Of a stretch of 64,000 nt of DNA, positions 1-11,131 are shown piece by piece. The stretch is from the NCBI GenBank assembly GCA_965644295.1, contig CBFFRP010000255.1, forward strand, positions 1-64,000. Reading direction: 5' to 3'. Below the pieces are notes generated by a model that was not told the origin of the DNA, made no database searches, and worked only from the letters and a program-made list of their open reading frames with translations. Every line of letters begins with the position of its first letter. The stretch's first letter is position 1. Source of the stretch: Paraphysomonas bandaiensis. Lineage: Eukaryota > Protista > Chrysophyceae. The position numbers and the translations under genes were made by a program.

Positions 1-113
1 GAAATTTCTCAAAATCCAGTGTTTTTGTACCTTAGGTAATTTAGCAGTGACTCACAAGAAATACTAAACGTTCGTCCCCTGTCTCCTTCCATCAGTTTCC
101 TTCAATGCTGTCG

Positions 114-2179
114 TCAGGGTTGTGTTTCGTGGCAGCAGACATGCCATTTTTGCGGTGAATTATTATTTCCTCCATTATCTATTTCACTAGTATTAGTATG
201 TAATACGGAGAAAAGCATATTTGAAGAAGCAGGGCGCAACACTAGAACAGTAGTCACTGAAGCACTCACCTTCCTACAAATGTATTTCTTCTGTGCCAAA
301 CTTTTCTCAGGAACAATATTCATTTCTAATCCCTCCTCCATGGAAATTTCCTTGCTTTCACCCCTTACTGATGACAAAAAAGGATGGGCCAATGCTTCGT
401 TCACACTGCATCGCTTCGTCTTGTTAAATGTCAACATAGATGCGAGGAGATCCAGAGCTTCCGCGGGAGCATCAGGTAGAAAGCTCTCCAGGGACTAATA
501 TTCACAAAAAGGAGTGAGATATACCGAGACGAAAACAAGTGTGTGCAGTTCGTACACCAACTCAGATGAAAAATCAGCAAGCACATAAGAAGCACACTAT
601 GAAACAGAATGAAGAACCTGTGTCTGTGGCAAGTGCTGAAACTGCTTCAGGTACTCCTTTTGTGCAGGGTTGGACACACACTCAATGTCCTCTTCAGAGG
701 GCGACCCAATAACCTGAAATATAACGCCAAGTTGGTTGTTGTTGGCCTCTCCGTGGGGAGGCTCCTTACTGAGTGGGGCCACAGCCCCCCCGGGAAACAA
801 TGGCCGACCCTGTCCTAGCAGGTCTCCTAGGACACACCCTATGGACCATATATCCACAGCGTAGTCATAATCCTCTAACAGAATAACTTCAGGTGCACGA
901 TACCAGCGTGACACTACATGTTGGGTTAGATGACGGGACATGCTAGGCGGTGGTGGAACTACATCCTCACTACACTCTTCCGGAGGTACAGGCGGTACCT
1001 CGACTATGGTATTATGATCCTCTGTAACTCCGACTGCATTCGAAAATAATCCAGAGACGCTCGATATCATTTCAACTATATCGTCGATGATGCCGGGGGT
1101 GGAAGAGGGATCGTCATTATTGCCAGTAGTGACAGACGGTTCTTCGTTAACAGCAGCTTTTTGGGGGGGACATGTCCGGCACTCCCTGTCACTCACGAAT
1201 CAAGAACACTACAATTCGTTTTCGCACAGCATACACCAACAATGCATTACTACTGGCACTACAACCAGGGGATACAAAAGTGGTACTAAGCAACACTTAC
1301 TCTTGCTCTACAATTCTTGCTAGACCAAAGTCAGTCAATTTGACTACAAGATTTTCCTCCCACAGTAATAAATTTTCAGGCTTAATATCTGCAAAGTAGA
1401 GACTCTAAGACCAATACTGATACAATGTGCAATATACCTCTATGTATGATATTTGCGGAATGTACATACTTTATCGCTACCAACAATTGGTAAAGAATTT
1501 TTTTGGTTTCCTCCAGTGTTACTTGTCCTCGTTTTCGTCTCCTTTTTCGAATGAACTTATCAAGGTCACAGTCCGCGCACTCAAAAACAAGTTGGAGCAC
1601 ATCCAAAGACCCATCCTGGCCACCAGCTTGTATTTGCGCCTTGTCCAGAGGATTGAAATTAGGGGCCCGAACATCCAAAAGAGCGATCACGTTAGGATGA
1701 TTCATCTTTCTGCAAATAAAATGGACTTAGGATTAAAATACAATTAAAATTATATATACGGCAAGAGAGCTCGCACTGAACTTACCGCAACATATACAAC
1801 TCTCTGTACAGATAGAGACAATAGTGTGACTTTTGGTACTGAATTCTGGAACGAATAGTTTTGACAGCAACTAATCGGCTCGGGTCTCTGTCCACAAGAT
1901 GAATACATACACACATTCCATGTATGGACCATACCTCAGATCTCTGCTTCTGACCACCTTACCGAAAGAACCCTCACCAAGTACGGGCATACCGGAAACA
2001 GAGTAACTAGGAGGGAGGTCATCATACTCATAATCTTCTGTCGCAGTGCACGTATCAGTGCATATATCAGTGTCCGTGCCTGCACTTAGAGAAGAGCTAT
2101 CCACAGCAAACTTCACAGAACTCTTTGACGACAGCTGTTTGCCGTGAGTTGGAGCACTGGAATCGTTACCGGAATTCAT
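114..2179 (-). CDS. Atypical MAP kinase (multi-exon; TQH activation motif; 3' end uncertain)
   Basis: GEGSFGKV Gly-loop, HPNVIAL, KYVHSANIIHR/DIKPEN, DFGLAR, HVVSRWYRAPE, DIWSIGC and EALAHPFL spread over ORFs 1871-2320, 1382-1705, 597-1196 and 114-437, joined by GT-AG introns. Confidence 0.9.
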
Positions 2180-2394
2180 GCAGTTGGATCGAATCAGTGC
2201 TATTGGCAATATAATGACGACCCGTCTATCTATGTGTCGGTGTGTGTACTGATGCCGTATGCATGCCATATGGGTGTACAGCTGTATGACTGTACTGTGT
2301 GCCGTGTGTAGTACACTCAAGATAATGCGACATATCTATTGTAGATATACAGAGTATACGTCGTAGTATAGAGTAGAGTATGAGTGAGTATACT

Positions 2395-2527
2395 CTGGGG
2401 GTGGTTGTGCATATCGATTTCATCGATTTTCATCGTTTATTTCATTGAAAAGTCATCGATTTTTCATTAAAAAGTAACTTTTTTTCACTTTTCACTGAAA
2501 AATCGATGACTTTTCAACCACCCCCTG
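2395..2527. mobile_element. MITE-like palindromic element
   Basis: Terminal inverted repeats ctgggggtggttg (2395-2407) and caaccaccccctg (2515-2527, followed by TA); internal perfect 22-bp inverted repeat 2445-2466 / 2496-2517. Confidence 0.6.
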
Positions 2528-2698
2528 TATCAGGTACAGTATACCAGTACGGTATAGTGGAGATACGGATATCCGCCCATACATAAGATACTGTTCGGGA
2601 TTGATAGTTCGCCCTGCCCTGCCTGCTCTGCATACTTATACTTCACTTCACTCACCAGAAATGATAGACAGAAAATTGGACCCAGAGTATTACTATAA

Positions 2699-2785
2699 GT
2701 GCACTACAGTGTGGTACAGTGTGGTACAGTGCACTACAGTGTGGTACAGTGTGGTACAGTGCACTACAGTGTGGTACAGTGTGGT
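2699..2785. repeat. Tandem repeat, 10-bp monomer with 30-bp higher-order unit
   Basis: (gcactacagt gtggtacagt gtggtacagt) repeated about 3 times. Confidence 0.9.
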
Positions 2786-3960
2786 GTGGTGTGGAGTGTC
2801 TGGAGGGGCAGAGCACTCATATGATGGTCACTTTGCTCTGTATACTGTACCAGTATACTCATGTATCCCTCTATACGAACCTGTGCAGAGATAGAGCGAA
2901 AGAACTGAACCATAAACCCAGCTGTATACATATATATGGATATAGTAGGGATCAGTGGACAAGAGGGTGGGGTCGGGTCATACACACTTCCTTATACCAT
3001 AAACTATCCTTAAAATATCGTGCAAGAGACAGCCAACTTCAGTATTATTGACGCACCAGCCATTTCGTTTGCTATCAGACTGTCTACAAAGCATGTGTAA
3101 GTTACCTTTGTATCATTTCTCAGTACATATCTGTGCATGGTATCCGAATATAAAGTCGTGGGGGAAAATTTAGGTAACAGTGTTACAATAAAAAGTACAG
3201 CTACACGGTCGAACAGTGACCGTTGAATTTATAACGTTTTTATTGCACTGCTATTGATCTTATGTTTATTTTATTTAGTCATGACGAAAATTAAATAATA
3301 GTATACTATTGACGGTGTTGTAGATGTTGTAAACGGTAGAAGTTGCTTTAGCCAGAGCAGTGTATCTAGCTACCTAATGAGATTGCCTACATATAATCTC
3401 CCTTGTAAGATTAAGTGTATCACACATATTTATTTCGGACTATAGTACATTAAAAACGAACTTCTTATCTATGATTTGAGAGTATTAAAATCAATAATCA
3501 AGTTCAAATTTGAAAGATATGTTGGGGGAAGCATAAACACGATAATATATATATCAACGACGTTGGTTTCTTTCAACAGTTTTCTCATAATAAACCTGAT
3601 TGTCTAAGCAGTTAATTCTACTAAACAGTGAAATACATGAACTAAAAGAAATAAGCCTCAGAGCTACACAATTACATGAGTATTGTGTATCAAAGAAGTA
3701 GAGCTGTACGGTAGGTATTAGGTATGTGGAAGCGCACAACAGTGTGAGGCTATCATAAATAACATTATGAACTCTATCTATGAAACTTAATGAATTTCTT
3801 GATCTTAGTGAAGGCAAACATGGATAAGCCTGTATGGTGGATCCCACGTAATCTGCGTGTAATCTATATGATGGTCATTCAAGATGGTAGCCGGGTGAAC
3901 AGGTGGGCGGGTGGATGACTGCGAATCAGCGCAAAATCTTGGTGTTGTATGTCAGCGAGC

Positions 3961-4016
3961 ACTATTTTGGTGCAGGTTTTTAACGCCTATTGCTAAATAA
4001 CAAGACTTTTCATATA
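3961..4016 (+). mobile_element. 5'-truncated 56-bp copy (D) of the short retroposon, 3' end only
   Basis: Flanked by a perfect 13-bp direct repeat tatgtcagcgagc (3948-3960, 4017-4029); sequence matches the 3' end of the 56552-57062 element. Confidence 0.8.
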
Positions 4017-4069
4017 TATGTCAGCGAGCCTGCACTATGGCCACTCTATCTATTAATTGTTGAATAGTG

Positions 4070-4196
4070 ATACTAATATATATTGTAAAAATATTGCAGT
4101 ATATTGCAATAGTATTGTTGGTCCGGTTAAAAAGTATTGTAATATTATTGATGGGACTCTACCTAACAATAGTATTATAATATTTTCAAAGCCCTG
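4070..4196 (-). mobile_element. Possible hAT-type transposon terminus
   Basis: Ends in agccctg (CAGGGCT on the minus strand) with clustered subterminal tattg/caata motifs; no partner end found. Confidence 0.35.
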
Positions 4197-4576
4197 CAAT
4201 ACATCGAAGTAAGATACTATACGAACGAACATATACAATATTATTTTTGCTGTAATCAGCAAGACAAGTATAAAGTACTTTTCTTATTGCTATTAATCTA
4301 CTATATAAAAAATTAATGAAATTGAAACCTTCAGAAATAAAATATAAAGGAACCATCATAGATATTTATAAAGGTATGATACTAATAGTGTTTTATATGA
4401 TACTCATTGCAACTGCAACAGCAGGTATTCTAAATTATATAACACATTTACATACTTTCTATTATAAATACAAAAATTCAAGCTTTACTATTATACTAAT
4501 TTTAGTTAAAATCAAAATTTCCGTCTCGTTTGTTTACTTTTTATACCAGATAAATAACCATCTGTTGTTAAAGGCT

Positions 4577-5010
4577 CCCTCAACAAAGTCTGACTTGCAC
4601 CTTTTCGTGGTGTTCTGGGGAATAATTCTCCGTGAAACTTATAACATGAGTCAGCAGATAATTTTCTGTCCACTCATAGCAAATGTTTGTGTGGTACAAG
4701 AAGAACACTAATAGAAGTATCACTTGTGTAGTTACGTCTTTCTTGGCCCTTGACAAATAAACACGCATCCGGATATGGGCCCACCTCAAGGGCATACGGG
4801 GTACTTGGCTGCCTGCTGAAGTCAAGCATCCGGGCTAGTTCACCTTAAGGACAGGGAGTGAAAGCGGTTGCAACTTGGTGCTTGCGGTGACGCACAAGCA
4901 GCTTTCGTAGCATTAAAGGGTAGGATATCAGAGTTAAGCACTAGTTTGCTAAATTGTTTTGCTACATTAGTTCTGACTCTTACACGCTTATTTCTAATAA
5001 TCGACATTCA
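4577..5010 (+). mobile_element. Short non-autonomous retroposon, copy A (degenerate)
   Basis: Starts ccctcaacaaagtc...accttttcgtggtgttctgggg and is collinear with the reverse complement of 56552-57062 and 23523-23760; ends near ttatttctaataat; no TSD recognised. Confidence 0.8.
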
Positions 5011-5146
5011 CTACTATAATTCATAGACTCCTCCTGGCAAGCACAGGAAAAGTGAATTATAGATCGAAATGTACAATGTCCCATTCACGATGGCTATTTT
5101 CTTTGGCAACTAAATATAGACTAAGTACTTTTATTTATATAGTATC

Positions 5147-5439
5147 TGTTGGGAAATGCTCATTTTACTTAGATCAAAGAGAGATTAAGTTGTTAGACTA
5201 GATAGATTTATTAATATCGTTTACACAAATTGTGTTAAACAACACAAGCTCGTTTTGTGCCATGCATAAATCACTACTTCTGTAGACCTTTCGCTACTAA
5301 ACATATCTTGAAAGAGCAAACTATTTCAGTTTTCTCAATATCATAACAGCATCTACACATCACCATACTTCACTGTATTCTCGTACATTGTCTTCAAGTA
5401 CCACATTGAATATACTAGGATACAGTCCATATTCTAATA
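5147..5439 (-). repeat. 3' LTR of the copia element
   Basis: Identical to 10309-10601; preceded on the sense strand by a polypurine tract. Confidence 0.97.
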
Positions 5440-5612
5440 CTCCCACTCAATGTAGAATGCAGTGATACGAAACAACAATGAGTACAGTGATCTTCATGCT
5501 ATAAACTAGTCTCATAGGTAAAATAGATGTGAAATCTTATCAAGATACATATATAACTAGCAGTCAACTAGATATATAGTTATGTGGGATTCTCACCCAC
5601 TAAAACACACCT

Positions 5613-8600
5613 TTAACCTCTTCGGGGTCGCTTCTTCTGCTGCTCCTCAACTCTGATTGACACACTTCTCTTAACCCCGGTAATAGTTTTCTCATGACGA
5701 CTGAAAAGTTTCGTTGACAATGCCTTCGTGAAAATATCAGCCGCCATATCATCCGTCGACACATGAATCAACTTTGCCGTAGGAAATTTTCCATTTACAT
5801 GCTCTCTCACCCAGTGATACTTGATGTCTATATGCTTCGACCTCTTATGATACACAGGATTCTCGGAGAGATCTTTCGCACTCTTGCTATCCATAAAGAA
5901 TGGAGTCGGCTTCGCAACTAAGAGCCCGAGCTCCTTGAACACCCCCCGAAGCCACACCAGTTCTTGCATAGCCGCATACTCCGCCATATATTCAGATTCC
6001 ATGCTCGAAGTTGCAACTGTGGTCTGTAGTTTAGACTGCCAGGCCAATGCGCCTGCACATAAGAACACAATGTATCCTGTTGTCGATCGCCGAGTCAGTC
6101 TATCACCAGCCCAATCTGAATCACTGAACACATGTAAGTCGAACTCACTCCCACTGAATCTGATGCCCTCATCAATTGTTCCACGCAAATATTTCAATAA
6201 GTGAATCGCCAGTTTGCACGATGCATATGTCGGACAACTACTAAATCGAGACAATAACCCCACTGCATAAGCCAGATCAGGTCTAGTATGCATTGCTAGA
6301 TACAACACTGCTCCAATAATTTGCCGATACGGAAATGAGTCAACCCACTGCTTCTGCTCCTCCGTAAGTTCACGTTCCTCTGCCAACAGATCCTGAACAT
6401 TAGTAGGTAGTGGGGCCTCCTTATTCTTACTACTCTTTCCCATAACTGAGCTGAATTTCTTGATAATATTCTTAGCATACTCAGATTGATCTAACATATA
6501 CCAATTTTCTCCTCTGGTTATCCTGATGTTCAGAAATCGCTTACACACTCCCAGATCATGCATCTCGAATGTTTCACAGAACCTACGCTTTACGCTTTCC
6601 AAGTAAGTCAGATCAGCGGATGCAATTATGATATCATCAACATATATCAATAATAAATGCAGTTTTCCGTTACTCCATCGCATATACAAACACGTATCCA
6701 AAATACACGGAGTAAAATGCAATGATTTAATAAACTTGTCAATATGTTTATTCCACTGTCGCGGTGAAGATCGCAGTCCATACAATGCCTTGATTAGTTG
6801 AAAACACCATCCAGCTAGTAATTCCTCATCTGGTGGAGGTGCCATATACACGTCATCCTCCAGATCTGCATAGCAAAATGCGGATGATACATCTAATTGA
6901 TGCACATGCATCTGTAACATAAACGCAATCGCTAACACTAGTCTAATGGTTATACCCTTAACCACTGGAGCGAAAGTGGACGGCTCCTCCTCCTTCTTCT
7001 CTTGGAGATTTCCTAATGCCACTAGCCGAGCCTTGTACTTTACTATATTCCCTAGTATGTCTCGCTTCACCGTATGCACATATTTCGCTCTAACTAATTT
7101 CACTCCGCTTGGAATTTTCACGATCTTCAAGACACGTCTTTTCAGCAATGATGTCTTCTCCACCATTCGAGCTTTTCTCCATTGTTGATACTGTGGAGAT
7201 CTCTCTGCCTCGGCATATGAATTTGGTATCTTGATATCTTCTGTCTCTGCATGGTTAAGATCAATATTATGCGCATCCGGTACTTCAACCATATTAATCT
7301 CTCCTAAAACTGACGCGTTTGCCAGTCTCCGCTGCAGCCGTTTGCGTCGGACCCGACCATCACCATCTAGTTCAATCGGTCGACGAGGTATATAAGAACC
7401 CGTACCTTGCTCATCCTGAGCACGCACATCGTGCGTTGTGGGAGGAGCCCCGCTCACAACCCCAGACTCATAGTCTTCAGAGGTCTGCAACCTCACAGCT
7501 GTCTCCTGACAGGTTGGGTCAGGACTCTCCTGTAACCCTCCAGGTCTTCCCTGGTCCAGCACCCTGGCTGGCATAGTACTCAGGGCGTCCCCCTTTCCTA
7601 TATATCCGGTATTCCCGGGAGTTTCTGCAGTCATTCGCACTACGTCCTCGACGTGAATCGGCACCCGGTGCTCGATATGCTTCCGACCTGCAGTTACCAG
7701 AGATCGATAGGCTACTATTACCCCCTTTCGTTCTACTACTCTCGTGGTCTTGTAGAGAAGACCATCCTCATCATCAATATGATATGTACCTTCTAAGCCC
7801 GCATAGTCAGACACAATTTTCGGTCTCTCGGCCTCCTTCACTCGAAGAGCATCTATCTCAGCGAAATAGCTCTCCGAGCGTGACGGTATGGACTCATCAG
7901 TTAATACATGTACCGACGTGACGACCCTATCAGTCGCAGGTAGATATACATCATATCCTACCTTTTCATCTGAATATCCTATCAGATATCCGATAAGGGC
8001 CTTGTCGTCCCAGTCTTTCCGTCGATCCGCCTTTGTAGTGAGGACATACGCACGACACCCCCATACTCTGAGATATTTCAGGTTGGGAGCCTCACCAGTC
8101 AAAAATTCAAGAGGGGACATATACCCCTTCGCTGTCTTTGTAGGCAATCGAATTAATATGTACCTGGCTGCCATGTAGGCATCTAGCCAAAACTGTGAAG
8201 GCAATCCTGACTGAATCAGCATCGCTAATGTCATCTCACCACAGGTCCTGAATTTCCGCTCCTCAATCGCGTTCATCTCAGGAGAGTCCGTAGAGCTCCA
8301 CGTATGTTGATAGCAACCCTGTGACCTAAGATATTGTCGCAGCTCATCACATATTAGCTCCCCTGCTCCATCTGCATGGTAATGATGCATTTCTAATTTG
8401 TACCTTTTCACATCTCCTTCAAAAATCTTCTTGAAAACCTGCAGTACCGATGACCCAGTCCTATGAACAAGCCCTTCCGACCAGAACATCCGACTGGCAT
8501 GGTGTGTTAGTTTGAGCACATATATTTCCCCTCCTCGAGCTGGACAATTTAAGTATACTGCTATATCGGCCGAGAAATTTGGACGAACGGAGTCCTCATC

Positions 8601-10325
8601 CTTTGTCCGAAAACTTACTCTGGTGATCTTCGCCCTGGCGCATACATCACATAGACACTGTTCTTTGGAAACACGTTTCGAGAGATGTTTTCGTTTCAGT
8701 CCAGTCCCAATAATTAGCATTCTTTTGTGGGCTTCTACCAACGCATGCTTGTTAAAATGACCCGCTCTCCTATGTAACAGCTCCAGTTCATCCTCACCCG
8801 TACGGTCACTGAGATTTACTTCTGAATCACTGGATGTCGATACGTCTGGAAGCTCCAATAACTGCTGTGTTGGCACAGCAGTCATTCCATTCTTCATAGG
8901 TCCCTCCAACACCAGCTCATCCGTATTTCTGTCATATATCTGTATACCATACCATACAGTAAATCGATATCCCATATCGTTCAACTTCCGTCCAGAACAA
9001 AGACACCGATTTATCTGACTTGATACCTCAATGTTCTTCCATGCTCCACGGGAACCTACACTCGTGACGCATATCTCTGACCCTTTTTTCGAACCATTAA
9101 TAACCTTTGATGTGTGCATATGACTATCAAGTATATTCACATCATTTATCAAAAACATTGATGACGAACAACAGGTATCAATGTATGTATAGTGAATATC
9201 CTCATGCACACTACTGCATATATTCGTCTCATACACATTACATGACAAGTGATACTCTTCCTGTTGCTCGATCATATTTGCTTCGTCTTCGTCAGACAAA
9301 TCCGCTGGCTCTCCACGCCTGATGTTTTCAACTGTAAGTAGTCTTTTGTCTGGTTTCCTTCCATCTTGAAACCTCACAGCCTTGCTCTTGCTTTGCGAGT
9401 ACTTCTTTTTCGATGCTGGACAATCGATGGCAAGATGTTCCTTTGACTTACAATTTCTGCACCCAGTATATTCGGCACTTCCAGGTCGCTGCCCTGTAAT
9501 CTCTGTATCCTTCTTCATCGGCTTCTTCTTACCGTTGTTCTTCTTACGATGATCCCTCTCTCTGCGATATCGTTTCTTACTGTCTATCAGGTTCAGCTCC
9601 TCCACTCTTTTACGCTTCTTCTCCAACGCTTCCTTCCCAGCCATAGTATCATCATAGCCTTCTATCTTACGTGATACAGTTACATAATTAACATCATCAT
9701 CCATCAAGTATAATCCAACTCTCAGTTGAGCATACTCTTCATTGAGCAAGCCTTCTCGTAGTCGACTTGTTTTTGATACCTCCGAGATATCCTGCTGCTG
9801 CTCCTGTAGTTCCTTCAGCAGTAGTTCGAACCGTAGTACGTAGTCCTTCGCCGTCTCCTCCGGACGCATACGGAAAGAACCATATTGAGTTAAGAGGTCA
9901 CTGATCCTATTTTGCTTCCCTCCAGCAAAACACTTCTTCAACTCATCAATCATTACATGTGTTTTGAACCTGTTTACACCACTCCCTTCTGCCTTGAACG
10001 CTTTGTGGGTAAGATGGAATTTACGCAGCGCTTTCGGGGAATGCTGCACCGCATCCCTGCAGTAAGAATAAGCTATGGCGTTCGCCTTCCAATACCTCTT
10101 CACAGCCTGTCTGTACGCCTTCTCCTCCATCAACGTAAGTGGCTGCTCCCCGAAGTCGCTCTCCTTAGGTGGCAGTTCCACCGCTACCTCGCTTTGTTCC
10201 TTCCTCATAAGGAATGTCTCGAAGTCCTCAATCCATTGTTCAACGTTAGTCTCGTTGAACTGAGGAACTACTCCTCTATCCTCCTTCTCTCCTCCTCGCT
10301 CGCTACCATGTTGGGAAATGCTCAT
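5613..10325 (-). CDS. Copia Gag-Pol polyprotein (1570 aa)
   Basis: Zinc knuckle CRNCKSKEHLAIDC; protease-like YIDTCCS; integrase HRRAGH...CDVC and DDE (ADI / ADGAGE / EERKFRT); RT KARLVA, QLDVSSAF, LYGL, YVDD; RNase H SDSDWAGD; order PR-IN-RT-RH. Confidence 0.98.
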   Translation of the reverse strand: MSISQHGSERGGEKEDRGVVPQFNETNVEQWIEDFETFLMRKEQSEVAVELPPKESDFGEQPLTLMEEKAYRQAVKRYWKANAIAYSYCRDAVQHSPKALRKFHLTHKAFKAEGSGVNRFKTHVMIDELKKCFAGGKQNRISDLLTQYGSFRMRPEETAKDYVLRFELLLKELQEQQQDISEVSKTSRLREGLLNEEYAQLRVGLYLMDDDVNYVTVSRKIEGYDDTMAGKEALEKKRKRVEELNLIDSKKRYRRERDHRKKNNGKKKPMKKDTEITGQRPGSAEYTGCRNCKSKEHLAIDCPASKKKYSQSKSKAVRFQDGRKPDKRLLTVENIRRGEPADLSDEDEANMIEQQEEYHLSCNVYETNICSSVHEDIHYTYIDTCCSSSMFLINDVNILDSHMHTSKVINGSKKGSEICVTSVGSRGAWKNIEVSSQINRCLCSGRKLNDMGYRFTVWYGIQIYDRNTDELVLEGPMKNGMTAVPTQQLLELPDVSTSSDSEVNLSDRTGEDELELLHRRAGHFNKHALVEAHKRMLIIGTGLKRKHLSKRVSKEQCLCDVCARAKITRVSFRTKDEDSVRPNFSADIAVYLNCPARGGEIYVLKLTHHASRMFWSEGLVHRTGSSVLQVFKKIFEGDVKRYKLEMHHYHADGAGELICDELRQYLRSQGCYQHTWSSTDSPEMNAIEERKFRTCGEMTLAMLIQSGLPSQFWLDAYMAARYILIRLPTKTAKGYMSPLEFLTGEAPNLKYLRVWGCRAYVLTTKADRRKDWDDKALIGYLIGYSDEKVGYDVYLPATDRVVTSVHVLTDESIPSRSESYFAEIDALRVKEAERPKIVSDYAGLEGTYHIDDEDGLLYKTTRVVERKGVIVAYRSLVTAGRKHIEHRVPIHVEDVVRMTAETPGNTGYIGKGDALSTMPARVLDQGRPGGLQESPDPTCQETAVRLQTSEDYESGVVSGAPPTTHDVRAQDEQGTGSYIPRRPIELDGDGRVRRKRLQRRLANASVLGEINMVEVPDAHNIDLNHAETEDIKIPNSYAEAERSPQYQQWRKARMVEKTSLLKRRVLKIVKIPSGVKLVRAKYVHTVKRDILGNIVKYKARLVALGNLQEKKEEEPSTFAPVVKGITIRLVLAIAFMLQMHVHQLDVSSAFCYADLEDDVYMAPPPDEELLAGWCFQLIKALYGLRSSPRQWNKHIDKFIKSLHFTPCILDTCLYMRWSNGKLHLLLIYVDDIIIASADLTYLESVKRRFCETFEMHDLGVCKRFLNIRITRGENWYMLDQSEYAKNIIKKFSSVMGKSSKNKEAPLPTNVQDLLAEERELTEEQKQWVDSFPYRQIIGAVLYLAMHTRPDLAYAVGLLSRFSSCPTYASCKLAIHLLKYLRGTIDEGIRFSGSEFDLHVFSDSDWAGDRLTRRSTTGYIVFLCAGALAWQSKLQTTVATSSMESEYMAEYAAMQELVWLRGVFKELGLLVAKPTPFFMDSKSAKDLSENPVYHKRSKHIDIKYHWVREHVNGKFPTAKLIHVSTDDMAADIFTKALSTKLFSRHEKTITGVKRSVSIRVEEQQKKRPRRG
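10297..10308 (-). promoter_or_regulatory. Primer-binding site, probably for initiator tRNA-Met
   Basis: TGGTAGCGAGCG directly after the LTR-terminal CA; complementary to a tRNA 3' end ...GCUCGCUACCA (U72/A73, as in initiator tRNAs). Confidence 0.8.
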
Positions 10326-10601
10326 TTTACTTAGATCAAAGAGAGATTAAGTTGTTAGACTAGATAGATTTATTAATATCGTTTACACAAATTGTGTTAA
10401 ACAACACAAGCTCGTTTTGTGCCATGCATAAATCACTACTTCTGTAGACCTTTCGCTACTAAACATATCTTGAAAGAGCAAACTATTTCAGTTTTCTCAA
10501 TATCATAACAGCATCTACACATCACCATACTTCACTGTATTCTCGTACATTGTCTTCAAGTACCACATTGAATATACTAGGATACAGTCCATATTCTAAT
10601 A
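10309..10601 (-). repeat. 5' LTR of the copia element
   Basis: Sense strand TATTAG...CCAACA; identical to the 3' LTR. Confidence 0.97.
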
Positions 10602-11131
10602 GTATCAATAGTTGAAGTTAAATTACAGCCATTGTGTAATTGTGTAAATATTAGTCTCTATTCAATATGTCAGATGTCGGAGTATGCGCTCTACCACATC
10701 AACTATATCAGTATCGCAGTGAGTATTTTGTGAGAATGAGCGTTCGTGGTACTACTTTATACTTTACATAATATACAAGTAAACGTAGAAGTATTTAACG
10801 TAGGAAGAGTATCGTAAGTCCTTTAGGTAGAGTTCCTTAACTGCATATACCAATTCTGTGTACAGCTGCTAAATTGAAAGAAGTAAACGTTTCAGCAAAG
10901 CCCTTTACCGACATTACACATGCAAATCAAAAGGTCGAAAACAAGTCGAAAATGGCATACTCCGATTATACGATACCCTACAAAGGAGCCGCAGAAGGCT
11001 CCAGTTATGTTAGGTTCACATGAATAGTCGTAGACAGAAATTACTAACAGAGCAGTCACTATTTTAATATTTTACAACACATAAATAATAACATCCTATC
11101 GACTGCGACCACATATTGCCAGCCTATATAT

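Larger units (their letters stand above)
5147..10601 (-). mobile_element. Full-length Ty1/copia LTR retrotransposon
   Basis: Identical 293-bp LTRs (5147-5439, 10309-10601); 5-bp TSD GTATC (5142-5146, 10602-10606); PBS TGGTAGCGAGCG next to the 5' LTR; PPT AGTGGGAG next to the 3' LTR; single gag-pol ORF. Confidence 0.98.
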
